A DNA stretch of 64,000 bases from Patescibacteria group bacterium (GTDB lineage Bacteria; Patescibacteriota; Patescibacteriia; Patescibacteriales; WJLG01). Of this stretch, positions 26,326-35,033 are shown piece after piece. The translations under genes were made by a program, and so were the position numbers. Below the pieces are notes generated by a model, which saw only the letters and a list, made by a program, of their open reading frames with translations, did no database searches and was not told where the DNA came from. Numbering within the stretch: position 1 is the first letter of the stretch; each line of letters opens with the position of its first letter. Location of the stretch: NCBI GenBank assembly GCA_041652555.1, contig JBAZHE010000001.1:66847-130846 (forward strand). Reading direction: 5' to 3'.

Positions 26326-27093
26326 ATGAAAGGTATTATTGAATTTCCATTTCGGTTTATCAGTCGTTTTTTTAGAGGCATAGGTTTAATATTTAAATCT
26401 GTATTCCAATCTATACCTCAAAATGTCTCTGGGTTTTTGGCGTTCGTCATTATCATGCTCGCAGTCCTGTGTGTGATAGTGATTACTTTGCCGGACAAAA
26501 ATCGAGTTCCCGAAGGGGAATTTGTATTGGCTAAGGACATTAATTGGGAAGTCATAAAAGACTTCCTAAAAGATGATGCCCCCGTTATCGCTACTGTTCT
26601 TGCCGAGAAAATAGGAAAAAAGGATTGGGAGGCTCACGCTAAAAAAATGGGGCTTGATAAGCTCTATTATAAAATGGATTCTTTGTATGGCGACTTCGTG
26701 CGCGAACGTTGCATTTTTCATGGTTTTGTTCCATGGCAAGAAGTGCTTTGCGTTATTTGCAAAGAGTCTTCCGGAAAGCCTAATGCTGTTTCACCAAAAG
26801 GGGCAATCGGATTGATGGGCGTAATGCCAGTTACCGGACGGGAGCATGGAATTAAAGACTCCAGTGATTTATTTCAACCATATATCAATATTGATGTTGG
26901 TATACGGGAATTGGTCAAATTGAAAAAAAATAATTTGAGCCATTCGGAAGTTTTTTTAAAGTATAATCATGGCTCGGAAGGATCTAAAAAAGTTATTGGT
27001 CAAGAAAATCGTTCTGGGTATTACAGCGGTATTCTCGGCATCCTTGCGGCCGCCAACAAGTATCAGCCAATCGAAAAAGTGGCCAAGAATTGA
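26326..27093 (+). CDS. Membrane-anchored lytic transglycosylase (SLT domain) protein
   Basis: CKESSGKPNAVSPKGAIGLMGVM matches the ES...GLMQ SLT signature. One TM segment. Confidence 0.75.
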   Translation: MKGIIEFPFRFISRFFRGIGLIFKSVFQSIPQNVSGFLAFVIIMLAVLCVIVITLPDKNRVPEGEFVLAKDINWEVIKDFLKDDAPVIATVLAEKIGKKDWEAHAKKMGLDKLYYKMDSLYGDFVRERCIFHGFVPWQEVLCVICKESSGKPNAVSPKGAIGLMGVMPVTGREHGIKDSSDLFQPYINIDVGIRELVKLKKNNLSHSEVFLKYNHGSEGSKKVIGQENRSGYYSGILGILAAANKYQPIEKVAKN

Positions 27094-27158
27094 TTCATCC
27101 CTCTGTCTGTGCATTTTGCAGGCAGGGGGATTTTTTTTATTTGCCAAAAGGCTTTTTT

Positions 27159-27190
27159 TAAGCTAGTATTTTAAGTGAAATACTAGCTTA
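27159..27190 (+). promoter_or_regulatory. Hairpin plus T-run 17 nt upstream of the alaS start (leader structure)
   Basis: taagctagtat / atactagctta followed by ttatttttttattttt. Confidence 0.4.
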
Positions 27191-27206
27191 TTATTTTTTT
27201 ATTTTT

Positions 27207-29039
27207 ATGCTTACAGCTCAAGAAATACGCGCTAAATTTTTTTCCTTTTTTCAATCTAAAGGCCATGCCTTGATGAAAAGCGCTTCTTTGATTCCGGAAA
27301 ATGATCCGACGGTTTTGTTTACCACTGCCGGCATGCATCCTTTAGTACCTTATCTGATGGGCGAAAAACATCCGGCTGGCAATCGTTTGGTTGATGTGCA
27401 GAAATGCGTTCGGACTGATGATATTGATGAAGTTGGTGATAATCGTCATTTAGTATTCTTTGAAATGCTTGGTAATTGGTCTTTGGGCGACTACTTTAAG
27501 CAAGAGGCGATTGAATGGAGTTTTGAATTTTTGACATCTAAAGAATGGCTAGGCTTGGACATTAATCGTCTGGCAGTTTCGGTTTTTGCCGGCGATGCGG
27601 ATGCGCCATTTGATGAAGAGGCTTTTAATAAGTGGAAAGAGCTCGGCATTTCAGAAGCGCGTATTGCGAAATTGCCGAAAGAGAATAATTGGTGGCCGTC
27701 TTCCGCGATGAATGGTCCATGTGGCGCTGACACCGAAATATTTTATTGGGTTGGCGATCCGGACAAAGTTCCGGAAAGTTTTAATGATGACAATGATCTT
27801 TGGGTGGAAATCTGGAATAATGTTTTTATGCAATACAATAAGAAAGCGGATGGAGCTTTTGAATTGCTAGAGAAAAAAAATGTTGATACCGGAATGGGTT
27901 TGGAAAGAATTTTAACCGCCGTGAATGGCGCCAAGACTGTTTTTGATACAGATTTATTTCAACCTTTAATTAAAAAAATAGAAGAATTATCCGGCAAAAA
28001 ATATGGCGAGAATGAAAGCGACGATAAAGCTTTTAGAGTAATCGCTGATCATCTGCGCGCCGCTACTTTTATTATCGGCGATGAACTGGGAGTACCGCCG
28101 TCTAATACCGGGGCTGGCTATATTGTTCGCCGTTTAATTCGTCGGGCTGTTATTTATGGCCGTCGTCTAAGCATTTCACAATCGCCTTGGCTACTTGATG
28201 TCGCTGTTGAAGTTATTAAAAATTATAGTGAGGCTTATCCGGAGCTTTTGGCTAATCAGGATTTTATTTTAAAAAATATTTCTGAAGAAGAATTAAAATT
28301 TGAAAAAACTTTAGAGAATGGTTTGAAAGAGTTTAGTCAGCAATGTGAGAGCTTAACTTGCAAAATGGAAGATGATGATAATATTACTATTACAATCCCC
28401 GGTGCTATAGTTTTTCAACTTTTTTCCACTTACGGCTTTCCAGTTGAATTAATTAGGGAGATTGCCAACGAGAAAAAAATGTTAGTTGACGAAGAAGGCT
28501 TTGCTGAAGAATTTAAAAAACATCAAGAATTGTCCCGTACCGCTTCGGCCGGAATGTTTAAGGGTGGTTTGGCTGATGCTGGTGAAGAAACAAAAAAATT
28601 GCATACCGCCGCGCATCTTTTGCTAGCGTCATTAAGAAAAGTTTTAGGCGATCATATTTTTCAGAAAGGCAGTAATATCACTGCCGAGCGTTTGCGTTTT
28701 GATTTTTCTCATCCGGAAAAAATGACACCGGAACAAATTGCCGAAGTGGAGAATTTGGTTAATGAAGCGATCGCCAAAAATTTTCCAATAATTTGCCAAG
28801 AAAAATCTTTAGCCGAAGCGAAAACCGAAGGCGCGATGGGTGTTTTTGAATCTAAATACGGAGAGATGGTAAAGACTTATACAATAGGAACCTCTTCGAC
28901 AAGCTCAGAGTCTCCTTTTAGTCGGGAAATTTGCGGTGGCCCGCATGCCACAACGACCGGCGAGTTGGGACATTTTAAAATAGTAAAAGAAGAGAGTTCA
29001 TCTTCCGGCGTTCGTCGTATAAAAGCAATTTTGGAATAA
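27207..29039 (+). CDS. alaS: Alanine--tRNA ligase, short form (610 aa, no C-Ala domain)
   Basis: The N-terminal FFQSKGH...FTTAGM catalytic core and the editing-domain motifs HTAAHLL and CGGPH are present. The protein ends soon after. Confidence 0.92.
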   Translation: MLTAQEIRAKFFSFFQSKGHALMKSASLIPENDPTVLFTTAGMHPLVPYLMGEKHPAGNRLVDVQKCVRTDDIDEVGDNRHLVFFEMLGNWSLGDYFKQEAIEWSFEFLTSKEWLGLDINRLAVSVFAGDADAPFDEEAFNKWKELGISEARIAKLPKENNWWPSSAMNGPCGADTEIFYWVGDPDKVPESFNDDNDLWVEIWNNVFMQYNKKADGAFELLEKKNVDTGMGLERILTAVNGAKTVFDTDLFQPLIKKIEELSGKKYGENESDDKAFRVIADHLRAATFIIGDELGVPPSNTGAGYIVRRLIRRAVIYGRRLSISQSPWLLDVAVEVIKNYSEAYPELLANQDFILKNISEEELKFEKTLENGLKEFSQQCESLTCKMEDDDNITITIPGAIVFQLFSTYGFPVELIREIANEKKMLVDEEGFAEEFKKHQELSRTASAGMFKGGLADAGEETKKLHTAAHLLLASLRKVLGDHIFQKGSNITAERLRFDFSHPEKMTPEQIAEVENLVNEAIAKNFPIICQEKSLAEAKTEGAMGVFESKYGEMVKTYTIGTSSTSSESPFSREICGGPHATTTGELGHFKIVKEESSSSGVRRIKAILE

Positions 29040-29096
29040 AAGTATAAATGGTAAAAAATATTTATTGTTATATTAATGTTTAATATTAGCAAAAAT

Positions 29097-29128
29097 AATT
29101 TATAATTTATAATTTATAATTTATAATT
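29097..29128. repeat. Tandem heptamer (AATTTAT)x4, which reads (TATAATT)n
   Basis: aatttataatttataatttataatttataatt, upstream of the infA promoter. Confidence 0.8.
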
Positions 29129-29138
29129 GAAATATCTC

Positions 29139-29167
29139 TTGACAATTTTACAGTTTGCCTATACAAT
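29139..29167 (+). promoter_or_regulatory. Promoter of the infA-rpmJ-rpsM cluster
   Basis: TTGACA, 17 nt, TACAAT. Confidence 0.6.
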
Positions 29168-29247
29168 TTGTTTATAAAACCTAAGAAATATCAATTAAGC
29201 GTAAACGTCGTTTACCAAGATATTTTGTTTGGTAATTTTTTTTGTTA

Positions 29248-29487
29248 ATGTTAAAAGAAAAAAATCAAGCTATTAACTCCAAAGATTTTATTGAGACGGA
29301 GGGGGAAGTATTAGAACTGATGCCGGCTGGAACTTTTAAGATTGTTTTGGTCAGTGAGCACGAGATTCTAGCACATCTTTCCGGTAAAATGCGGATGAAT
29401 AAAATTCGTATTTCCGTCGGTGATCGCGTTAAAGTGCAAATCAGCCCATATGATTTGACTAAGGGGCGGATCGTTTTCCGTTTATAA
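29248..29487 (+). CDS. infA: Translation initiation factor IF-1
   Basis: S1-fold IF-1 sequence (GEVLELMP...ILAHLSGKMRMNKIRISVGDRVKV..SPYDLTKGRIVFR). ATG at 29248 (the ORF-track TTG is at 29242). Confidence 0.9.
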   Translation: MLKEKNQAINSKDFIETEGEVLELMPAGTFKIVLVSEHEILAHLSGKMRMNKIRISVGDRVKVQISPYDLTKGRIVFRL

Positions 29488-29504
29488 AATATTAATTTAA
29501 TATT

Positions 29505-29618
29505 ATGAAAGTTAGAGCTAGTGTTAAGAAAATTTGCAAAGATTGTAAGGTTGTCCGACGTGAAGGTCGGGTCTGCGTTATTTGCAAAAACCCTAAGCAT
29601 AAACAAAGACAAGGTTAA
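29505..29618 (+). CDS. rpmJ: 50S ribosomal protein L36 (37 aa, below the ORF-track cutoff)
   Basis: Manual translation: [37 protein letters not shown]. Confidence 0.9.
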   Translation: MKVRASVKKICKDCKVVRREGRVCVICKNPKHKQRQG

Positions 29619-29684
29619 TTATTATTAGCATTTTTCGCGGTATTCGCGTAAATTCGCGGATTTGTATCATATAATCATATAATT

Positions 29685-30080
29685 ATGGCCATAGCAAGAA
29701 TAGCCGGAGTTAACATTCCGAGCGAGAAAAAAATTAAAATTTCCTTACCATATATTTACGGTGTCGGCCGTTCTAACGCTTTGGTTATATTAACTGAATC
29801 CGGCGTTGACCCGGAAAAAAGAACTAAGGATTTAACCGAAGCGGAAGTGAATAAAATTCGCGAAATTACGGAAAAAAAATATATCATAGAGGGTGATTTG
29901 CGTCGCGAGATAACTGGTAATATTAAACGTCTAAAAGAAATTGGTTGCTGGCGTGGCAATCGTCACATTAAAGGTTTGCCGACGCGCGGACAAACCACCA
30001 AGAGAAATAGTCGCACTGTTCGTGGCGGTGGTCGCAAAACCGTTGGTTCTGGACGAAAAATATCTGCACAAAAAACTTAA
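29685..30080 (+). CDS. rpsM: 30S ribosomal protein S13
   Basis: [10 protein letters not shown]...YGVG sequence is typical of S13. Confidence 0.95.
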   Translation: MAIARIAGVNIPSEKKIKISLPYIYGVGRSNALVILTESGVDPEKRTKDLTEAEVNKIREITEKKYIIEGDLRREITGNIKRLKEIGCWRGNRHIKGLPTRGQTTKRNSRTVRGGGRKTVGSGRKISAQKT

Positions 30081-30115
30081 TTTAGAATTTTTGAATTTAT
30101 TGGGATATAAATATT

Positions 30116-30709
30116 ATGTCTGAAGAAAAAAAAGAGCTTGATAAAAAAATAGAAACCGCTCCAGAAAAAGTAGAGCCGAAAGTTGAGGAATCAACTTCGG
30201 TTGATTTGGATAGCAATGAAGAGGAACTCAATAGTATTCTCGGCAAGGGTGATGCCAGTGAAGAACTTCCTGATGATATTAAGAAAAAACTGGAAAGTCG
30301 CAAAGAAGAAAAATCTTCCAAAAAAGTTTTTAAGAAAAAGAAAAAGCACGTTAAGGTTAAAACAGAGATTGGTAAGATTTTTATTAAAGCAACTTACAAT
30401 AATACTATCGTCACTATTACCGATTTAAATGGAAATGTTATCTCTTGGGCTTCGGCCGGAATGGCTGGCTTTAAAGGGCCGAAAAAAGCGACTTCTTATG
30501 CCGCGCAAATCATTGCCAAAATTGCCTTAATGAAAGCTAAAGAAGATTACGGCTTAAAAGAAGCTAGTGTCTATATTAATGGTGTTGGCACTGGTCGCGA
30601 ATCCGCAGTCCGCGCTATTAATGCTAACAATATAAATGTTATTGCTATTCGTGATATTACCCCAATTCCGCATAACGGCTGCCGGCCAAAAAAACCGAGA
30701 CGCGTTTAA
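30116..30709 (+). CDS. rpsK: 30S ribosomal protein S11 with an acidic/lysine-rich N-terminal extension of about 75 aa
   Basis: The S11 core starts near [18 protein letters not shown]. The preceding 75 aa are low-complexity E/K/S. Confidence 0.9.
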   Translation: MSEEKKELDKKIETAPEKVEPKVEESTSVDLDSNEEELNSILGKGDASEELPDDIKKKLESRKEEKSSKKVFKKKKKHVKVKTEIGKIFIKATYNNTIVTITDLNGNVISWASAGMAGFKGPKKATSYAAQIIAKIALMKAKEDYGLKEASVYINGVGTGRESAVRAINANNINVIAIRDITPIPHNGCRPKKPRRV

Positions 30710-30776
30710 TTAATCTTATTCGTAGATTTGTCCTGAGTGCTCTCGGGATTCGCGAAATTAGTATTATAAATTATTT

Positions 30777-31409
30777 ATGAAGAATATTGATCCAAAATGT
30801 AAGCAATGTCGTCGCTTGGGCGAAAAATTAATGTTTAAAGGGGAGCGTTGTCGTTCGGCTAAATGCGCCCTTTCCCGTAGGAATTATATTCCGGGTTTCC
30901 ATGGACCAAAACAGCGCCCTAATGCTAAGAAGAGCGACTATTCTAGGCAATTGGCGGAAAAACAAAAAGCGAGAAAGCAGTATTTATTGTCTGAACGTCA
31001 ATTTAGAAATATTTTTGATGCGGCCGCCAAAAAAATTGGCAATACTGAAGAATTATTATTGAAACTTTTGGAAACTAGATTAGACAATATTGTTTATCGC
31101 TTGGGTTTTGCTTTGTCCCGTTCCGAGGCCAGACAGTTGGTTAATCATGGGCATTTTACCGTTAATAGTCATGGTGTTAATATTCCTTCTTATCGCGTAA
31201 GAGCAGGCATGGTTATCAAAATAAGAGAAGCCAGTAAGAGAAAAAAGAAGTTCGTCGGCGTGGAGGCGAGAATAAAAAATGCTGAAATTCCCTGTTGGTT
31301 GCATATGAATATGGAAGACTTAAGCGGAAAAGTTTTGCATGATCCGGCCGTTAAAGATATAAGATCTAATATTGACACTCACGTTATCGTTGAATTTTAT
31401 TCCAGATAA
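30777..31409 (+). CDS. rpsD: 30S ribosomal protein S4
   Basis: CKQCRRLGEKL zinc-ribbon-like N-terminus and an S4 domain (LDNIVYRLGFA.SR..ARQLV.HGH). Confidence 0.95.
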   Translation: MKNIDPKCKQCRRLGEKLMFKGERCRSAKCALSRRNYIPGFHGPKQRPNAKKSDYSRQLAEKQKARKQYLLSERQFRNIFDAAAKKIGNTEELLLKLLETRLDNIVYRLGFALSRSEARQLVNHGHFTVNSHGVNIPSYRVRAGMVIKIREASKRKKKFVGVEARIKNAEIPCWLHMNMEDLSGKVLHDPAVKDIRSNIDTHVIVEFYSR

Positions 31410-31454
31410 AATTAATTCCTCCAACAAGGAGGCCTAAAATAATTTTAAAATTTT

Positions 31455-32285
31455 ATGGAAACAATAGCCAAACCAAACAAAATAGAATTTTTAAAAGGCG
31501 CTTCTGCTAAAGAGGCGACTGTAGTGGTGGAGCCGTTTTATCCTGGTTATGGTATGACCGTCGGTAATTCTTTGCGTCGCGTCATGCTTTCTTCTTTGGT
31601 TGGCACAGCCGTTGTCGGAGTGAAGATTGAAGGTGTGAGTCATGAATTCAATTCTTTGTCACACGTTAAGGAAGATATTCTGGAGATTGTGATGAATATC
31701 AAAAAATTAAAAGTAAGGATTGACGGTGAAGATGAGGAAATAAAACTAGAGCTGGAAGTCCATGGCAAGAAAGAAGTGTCCGCTGCTGATATTAAAAAAG
31801 ATTCCCGCGTGGAAATTGTTAATAAGGATATGGCGATTGCCACTATCACTGATATGGCCGGATCATTAAAAATGGAAATAACTATCGGCCGTGGCCGTGG
31901 TTATCGTCCAGTGGAGGCGACCGAGAAAAAGAATAAAGAAATCGGCTATATTGAAACGGACGCAATTTTTTCTCCAGTTTTATCCGCCGGTCTAAGAGTG
32001 GAAAATGTCCGCGTTGGCAAAATGACTAATTGGGACAAATTAATGATTGATATAATTACTGATGGAACTATTACACCAGAAGAAGCTTATCGCGATTCGG
32101 TAAAAATTTTACAAGATCAGGTTGCTTCTTTGAGTGACGAAGTTGTTGTTGCGGAAGAAATTGTTTCTGAAATTGAAGAAAGGGATGCTGTGTCTGAACC
32201 TGAAGATGTTGAAGAATCCGCCTCCGCTAAAGTTGTGGAGGACAAAGGGAAAAAAATTAAGAAGGAGAAAAAACTAAATAGTTAA
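31455..32285 (+). CDS. rpoA: DNA-directed RNA polymerase alpha subunit: NTD only, with an acidic tail in place of the alpha-CTD
   Basis: The NTD motif GNSLRRVMLSS is present. The last 50 aa or so are D/E/K-rich, with no HhH alpha-CTD-like sequence. Confidence 0.88.
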   Translation: METIAKPNKIEFLKGASAKEATVVVEPFYPGYGMTVGNSLRRVMLSSLVGTAVVGVKIEGVSHEFNSLSHVKEDILEIVMNIKKLKVRIDGEDEEIKLELEVHGKKEVSAADIKKDSRVEIVNKDMAIATITDMAGSLKMEITIGRGRGYRPVEATEKKNKEIGYIETDAIFSPVLSAGLRVENVRVGKMTNWDKLMIDIITDGTITPEEAYRDSVKILQDQVASLSDEVVVAEEIVSEIEERDAVSEPEDVEESASAKVVEDKGKKIKKEKKLNS

Positions 32286-32290
32286 ATTTT

Positions 32291-32641
32291 ATGCGTCATA
32301 GAAAGAAAAAAGTAACTTTAGATAGGAAAACTGATCCGCGTGGCTTATTACTCCGCAACTTAACGGCCAGTGTTTTGATTTACGAAAAAGTGCAAACCAC
32401 CGAAGCGAAAGCTAAGGTTATCCGTAGCCGTGTAGAAAAAATGATTACTTTAGCTAAGAAAGGAGATTTATCCTCTTTGCGTGCTTTAATTGCTTACTTG
32501 CCGCAAAAAACTGCTGTTTCTAAGGCAGTTGAAGTTTTAAATAAACGCTACAAAGATCGCGTTGGCGGTTATACTAGAATTATTAAGATTGGAAATCGCC
32601 AAGGTGATGGCGCTAAAGTTTCTCAAATTGAATTAGTCTAA
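32291..32641 (+). CDS. rplQ: 50S ribosomal protein L17
   Basis: MRHRKK...LGR...HR..L.RNL is typical of L17. Confidence 0.95.
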   Translation: MRHRKKKVTLDRKTDPRGLLLRNLTASVLIYEKVQTTEAKAKVIRSRVEKMITLAKKGDLSSLRALIAYLPQKTAVSKAVEVLNKRYKDRVGGYTRIIKIGNRQGDGAKVSQIELV

Positions 32642-32652
32642 AATTATATTAT

Positions 32653-33000
32653 ATGATCAGAAAAATCCATACAATTGACGCTACAGGTCAGGCTTACGGG
32701 CGTTTAGCTTCCCGCATCGCTATTCTTTTGCGCGGAAAAAATAAAGCTACTTATACTCCACATCTTGATGAAGGTGATATTGTTCATGTTGTTAATACTG
32801 ATAAAATGACTTATACCGGCAAGAAATTAGTTCAGAAAAAATATTATCGCGTTTCTCAGTATCCGGGTGGATTAAAAACTGTTTCTTTGGGCGTGATGAA
32901 AGAAAAAGATTCAGGAGATGCTCTTACTAAGGCTGTTAAACAAATGTTGCCGGCCAATAAATTGCGCCCAGGCATGATGAAGCGCTTAATTATCAAATAA
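32653..33000 (+). CDS. rplM: 50S ribosomal protein L13 (short, 115 aa)
   Basis: GRLAS.IA..LRGK.K..YTPH.D.GD.V.V.N motif. Confidence 0.92.
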   Translation: MIRKIHTIDATGQAYGRLASRIAILLRGKNKATYTPHLDEGDIVHVVNTDKMTYTGKKLVQKKYYRVSQYPGGLKTVSLGVMKEKDSGDALTKAVKQMLPANKLRPGMMKRLIIK

Positions 33001-33002
33001 AT

Positions 33003-33494
33003 ATGGCTATTAAAGAAGAAAAAAAAGAAGTTAAACCGAAAAAAGAAGTTTCTAAAGAAGCTGTTGTTAAGAAGGAGAAAAAAGAAAAAGAAACTATTGG
33101 TTTTTCTGGAAAATATATCCAGGCTCTTGGTCGTCGCAAAACTGCGGTCGCCCAAGTTCGTTTATATGTTGAAGGCCCAGCTGTTTTCACTGCTAATGGA
33201 AAAGATTTGGAAAAATATTTCAATGAAGCAAAAGCATCAACTGCTTTGCAACCGATAAAAGCCGCTGGTTTGGAAAAGACTGCTGGTGCTTCCATTATTG
33301 TTAAGGGCGGTGGCATCAATGCCCAAGCCGAGGCGGTTCGCCACGGTTTCGCCCGCGCCTTATTATTAATGGATCCTGAATTACAAGGCGCTATGCGTGC
33401 TAAAGGTTGGCTTACTCGCGACTCTCGTAAGGTTGAAAGAAAGAAACCTGGTTTGAAAAAAGCTCGTCGCGCACCACAGTGGTCCAAACGTTAA
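33003..33494 (+). CDS. rpsI: 30S ribosomal protein S9 with a K/E-rich N-terminal extension
   Basis: The S9 core (GRRKTAVA.V.L..G...GGG...QA.A..HG.ARAL...R.VERKK.G..KARR..Q.SKR) follows about 30 low-complexity residues. Confidence 0.92.
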   Translation: MAIKEEKKEVKPKKEVSKEAVVKKEKKEKETIGFSGKYIQALGRRKTAVAQVRLYVEGPAVFTANGKDLEKYFNEAKASTALQPIKAAGLEKTAGASIIVKGGGINAQAEAVRHGFARALLLMDPELQGAMRAKGWLTRDSRKVERKKPGLKKARRAPQWSKR

Positions 33495-33500
33495 ATTTTG

Positions 33501-33529
33501 TGTCATTCCTGCGGAGGCGGGAATCCAGC
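33501..33529. repeat. Solo half of the dRS3/NIME-like element, copy (b)
   Basis: gtgtcattcctgcggaggcgggaatccag, just after the rpsI stop. Confidence 0.7.
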
Positions 33530-33564
33530 CATTATTTTTTATCGTCTATTTCGTTTATATATTC

Positions 33565-33596
33565 AAAAAACGCATTTTCTCAAGGATGCGTTTTTT
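33565..33596. terminator. Hairpin terminator
   Basis: aaaaaacgcat ... atgcgtttttt. Confidence 0.75.
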
Positions 33597-33733
33597 GGTA
33601 TTTTTTTTTTACTCCATGCTATAATTGTTATTAATGAGAATATTTAAATATAACTCTTCTAGGTCGGGCTTGTTATTTAACAAGTGAATAGGTGAAATTA
33701 AAATATTTATTCACTAATAATTAAATTTTAAGC

Positions 33734-34297
33734 ATGAAAAATATAATCACAAGAAATTTTTTCCTTTCTATTATTGCGGCAGTTTTTGTAATTGCCGCAA
33801 TAATTTCAACAACGCATAATACTCAAGCTTATTCTTATGCAGGATTTAAATGGTATAGTTATCCTGTGTCAGTAGACATGAGCGATGCTAGCTTGCCTGG
33901 CTCATGGACTACTCCAATAGCCAACGCTATGAGTGCTTGGAATGCCGCATCATCACCATTTTATTTTAACGTGGGATATTCTGGCCATTTGATAACACTA
34001 GAAAATAAAGGTGCTGGTTACGCCGCAAGATCAAGGGTTTCTGGTTCAGGTGATCAAATTACAGATATAGATTTAGTTTTTAATACATATTATTCTTGGT
34101 CAACTTCCGGTGGTGCTGGAGCATTTGATGTTCAGAATATTGCAACTCATGAGTTTGGGCATTGGTTAGCTTTAAATGATCTTAGCGGTGCTGGCAATAC
34201 TGAAAAGACTATGTATTATCAGGCGGCATATGGTGAAACTAAAAAGCGTACTTTAGAGTCGGATGATTTAAATGGCATTAATTATATTTATCCGTAA
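33734..34297 (+). CDS. Secreted matrixin-like zinc metalloprotease (M10 family)
   Basis: Signal peptide, HEFGHWLALNDL zinc motif, downstream Met-turn (KTMYY). Confidence 0.8.
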   Translation: MKNIITRNFFLSIIAAVFVIAAIISTTHNTQAYSYAGFKWYSYPVSVDMSDASLPGSWTTPIANAMSAWNAASSPFYFNVGYSGHLITLENKGAGYAARSRVSGSGDQITDIDLVFNTYYSWSTSGGAGAFDVQNIATHEFGHWLALNDLSGAGNTEKTMYYQAAYGETKKRTLESDDLNGINYIYP

Positions 34298-34323
34298 TTA
34301 CAAAAATTAATTTAACAAAAATT

Positions 34324-34926
34324 ATGAATAAAAAAATCACAACACTTATTTTAGCCCTAATAGTTATTATATCTGGGTCTGTTGTTGCGTTTAACTTTCG
34401 CCCGCATGCTGTCTCTAAAAAGATAAATACTAGAATAAGTTCAATATTGGTAAAATTATCTCCAGAAGAAATTACTAAGCAGTCGGATGTGGTAATAGTC
34501 GGAACAGTAAAAGATTTAAAGACACTCAAGACTAAATCTAATTTTTGGTCAAAAGATGATGAGGATATTGTCACCAATGCTAATGTTGAAGTGGAAAAAT
34601 ATCTTTTTAATCCGAAAAATTTATCTGGTTTGGAAATAATTGTGCAGACCATTGGTGGAACGATTGGTAATGAAACAATGTTTGCAGAAGACGAACCAAA
34701 ACTTGAAAAAGGCCAGCGTGTTATTGTCTTTTTAAGACAGGCAAAAAATGGCGCTTATATTGTTTTTGGCGGACCACAGGGTGCTTATACGATTAATGGC
34801 AATAACGTTGCTGTCGGCGAGAAAGAACAGAATGTTTTCAGTGATGTTTTTGGCAAACAAATGGCACTTGATGAACTTGAAAAACAGATTAGCACTATTG
34901 TTTCTTCTTCGGAACAGCAAAAATAA
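34324..34926 (+). CDS. Secreted/membrane-anchored hypothetical protein
   Basis: 200-aa ORF with an N-terminal hydrophobic anchor. No motif recognised. Confidence 0.6.
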   Translation: MNKKITTLILALIVIISGSVVAFNFRPHAVSKKINTRISSILVKLSPEEITKQSDVVIVGTVKDLKTLKTKSNFWSKDDEDIVTNANVEVEKYLFNPKNLSGLEIIVQTIGGTIGNETMFAEDEPKLEKGQRVIVFLRQAKNGAYIVFGGPQGAYTINGNNVAVGEKEQNVFSDVFGKQMALDELEKQISTIVSSSEQQK

Positions 34927-35033
34927 AAGTTTGGTTTTAAAACTGCCGTTTATTAATGATAAATGGCAGTTTTATTTTTTTGGAAAGGAGCCTTTTAATT
35001 TTTATAAATTTTTGCTAAGATTATCTTATATTT

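Noticed and set aside
32993-33487. 164-aa minus-strand ORF, plus many other antisense or alternative-frame ORFs in the track (e.g. 335..610, 616..918, 5906..6349, 6368..6748, 29265..29612, 35171..35539)
   Set aside because: They lie entirely within confidently identified genes on the opposite strand or in another frame (rpsI, S1, ftsH, infB, infA, prfB). They show no recognisable motifs.
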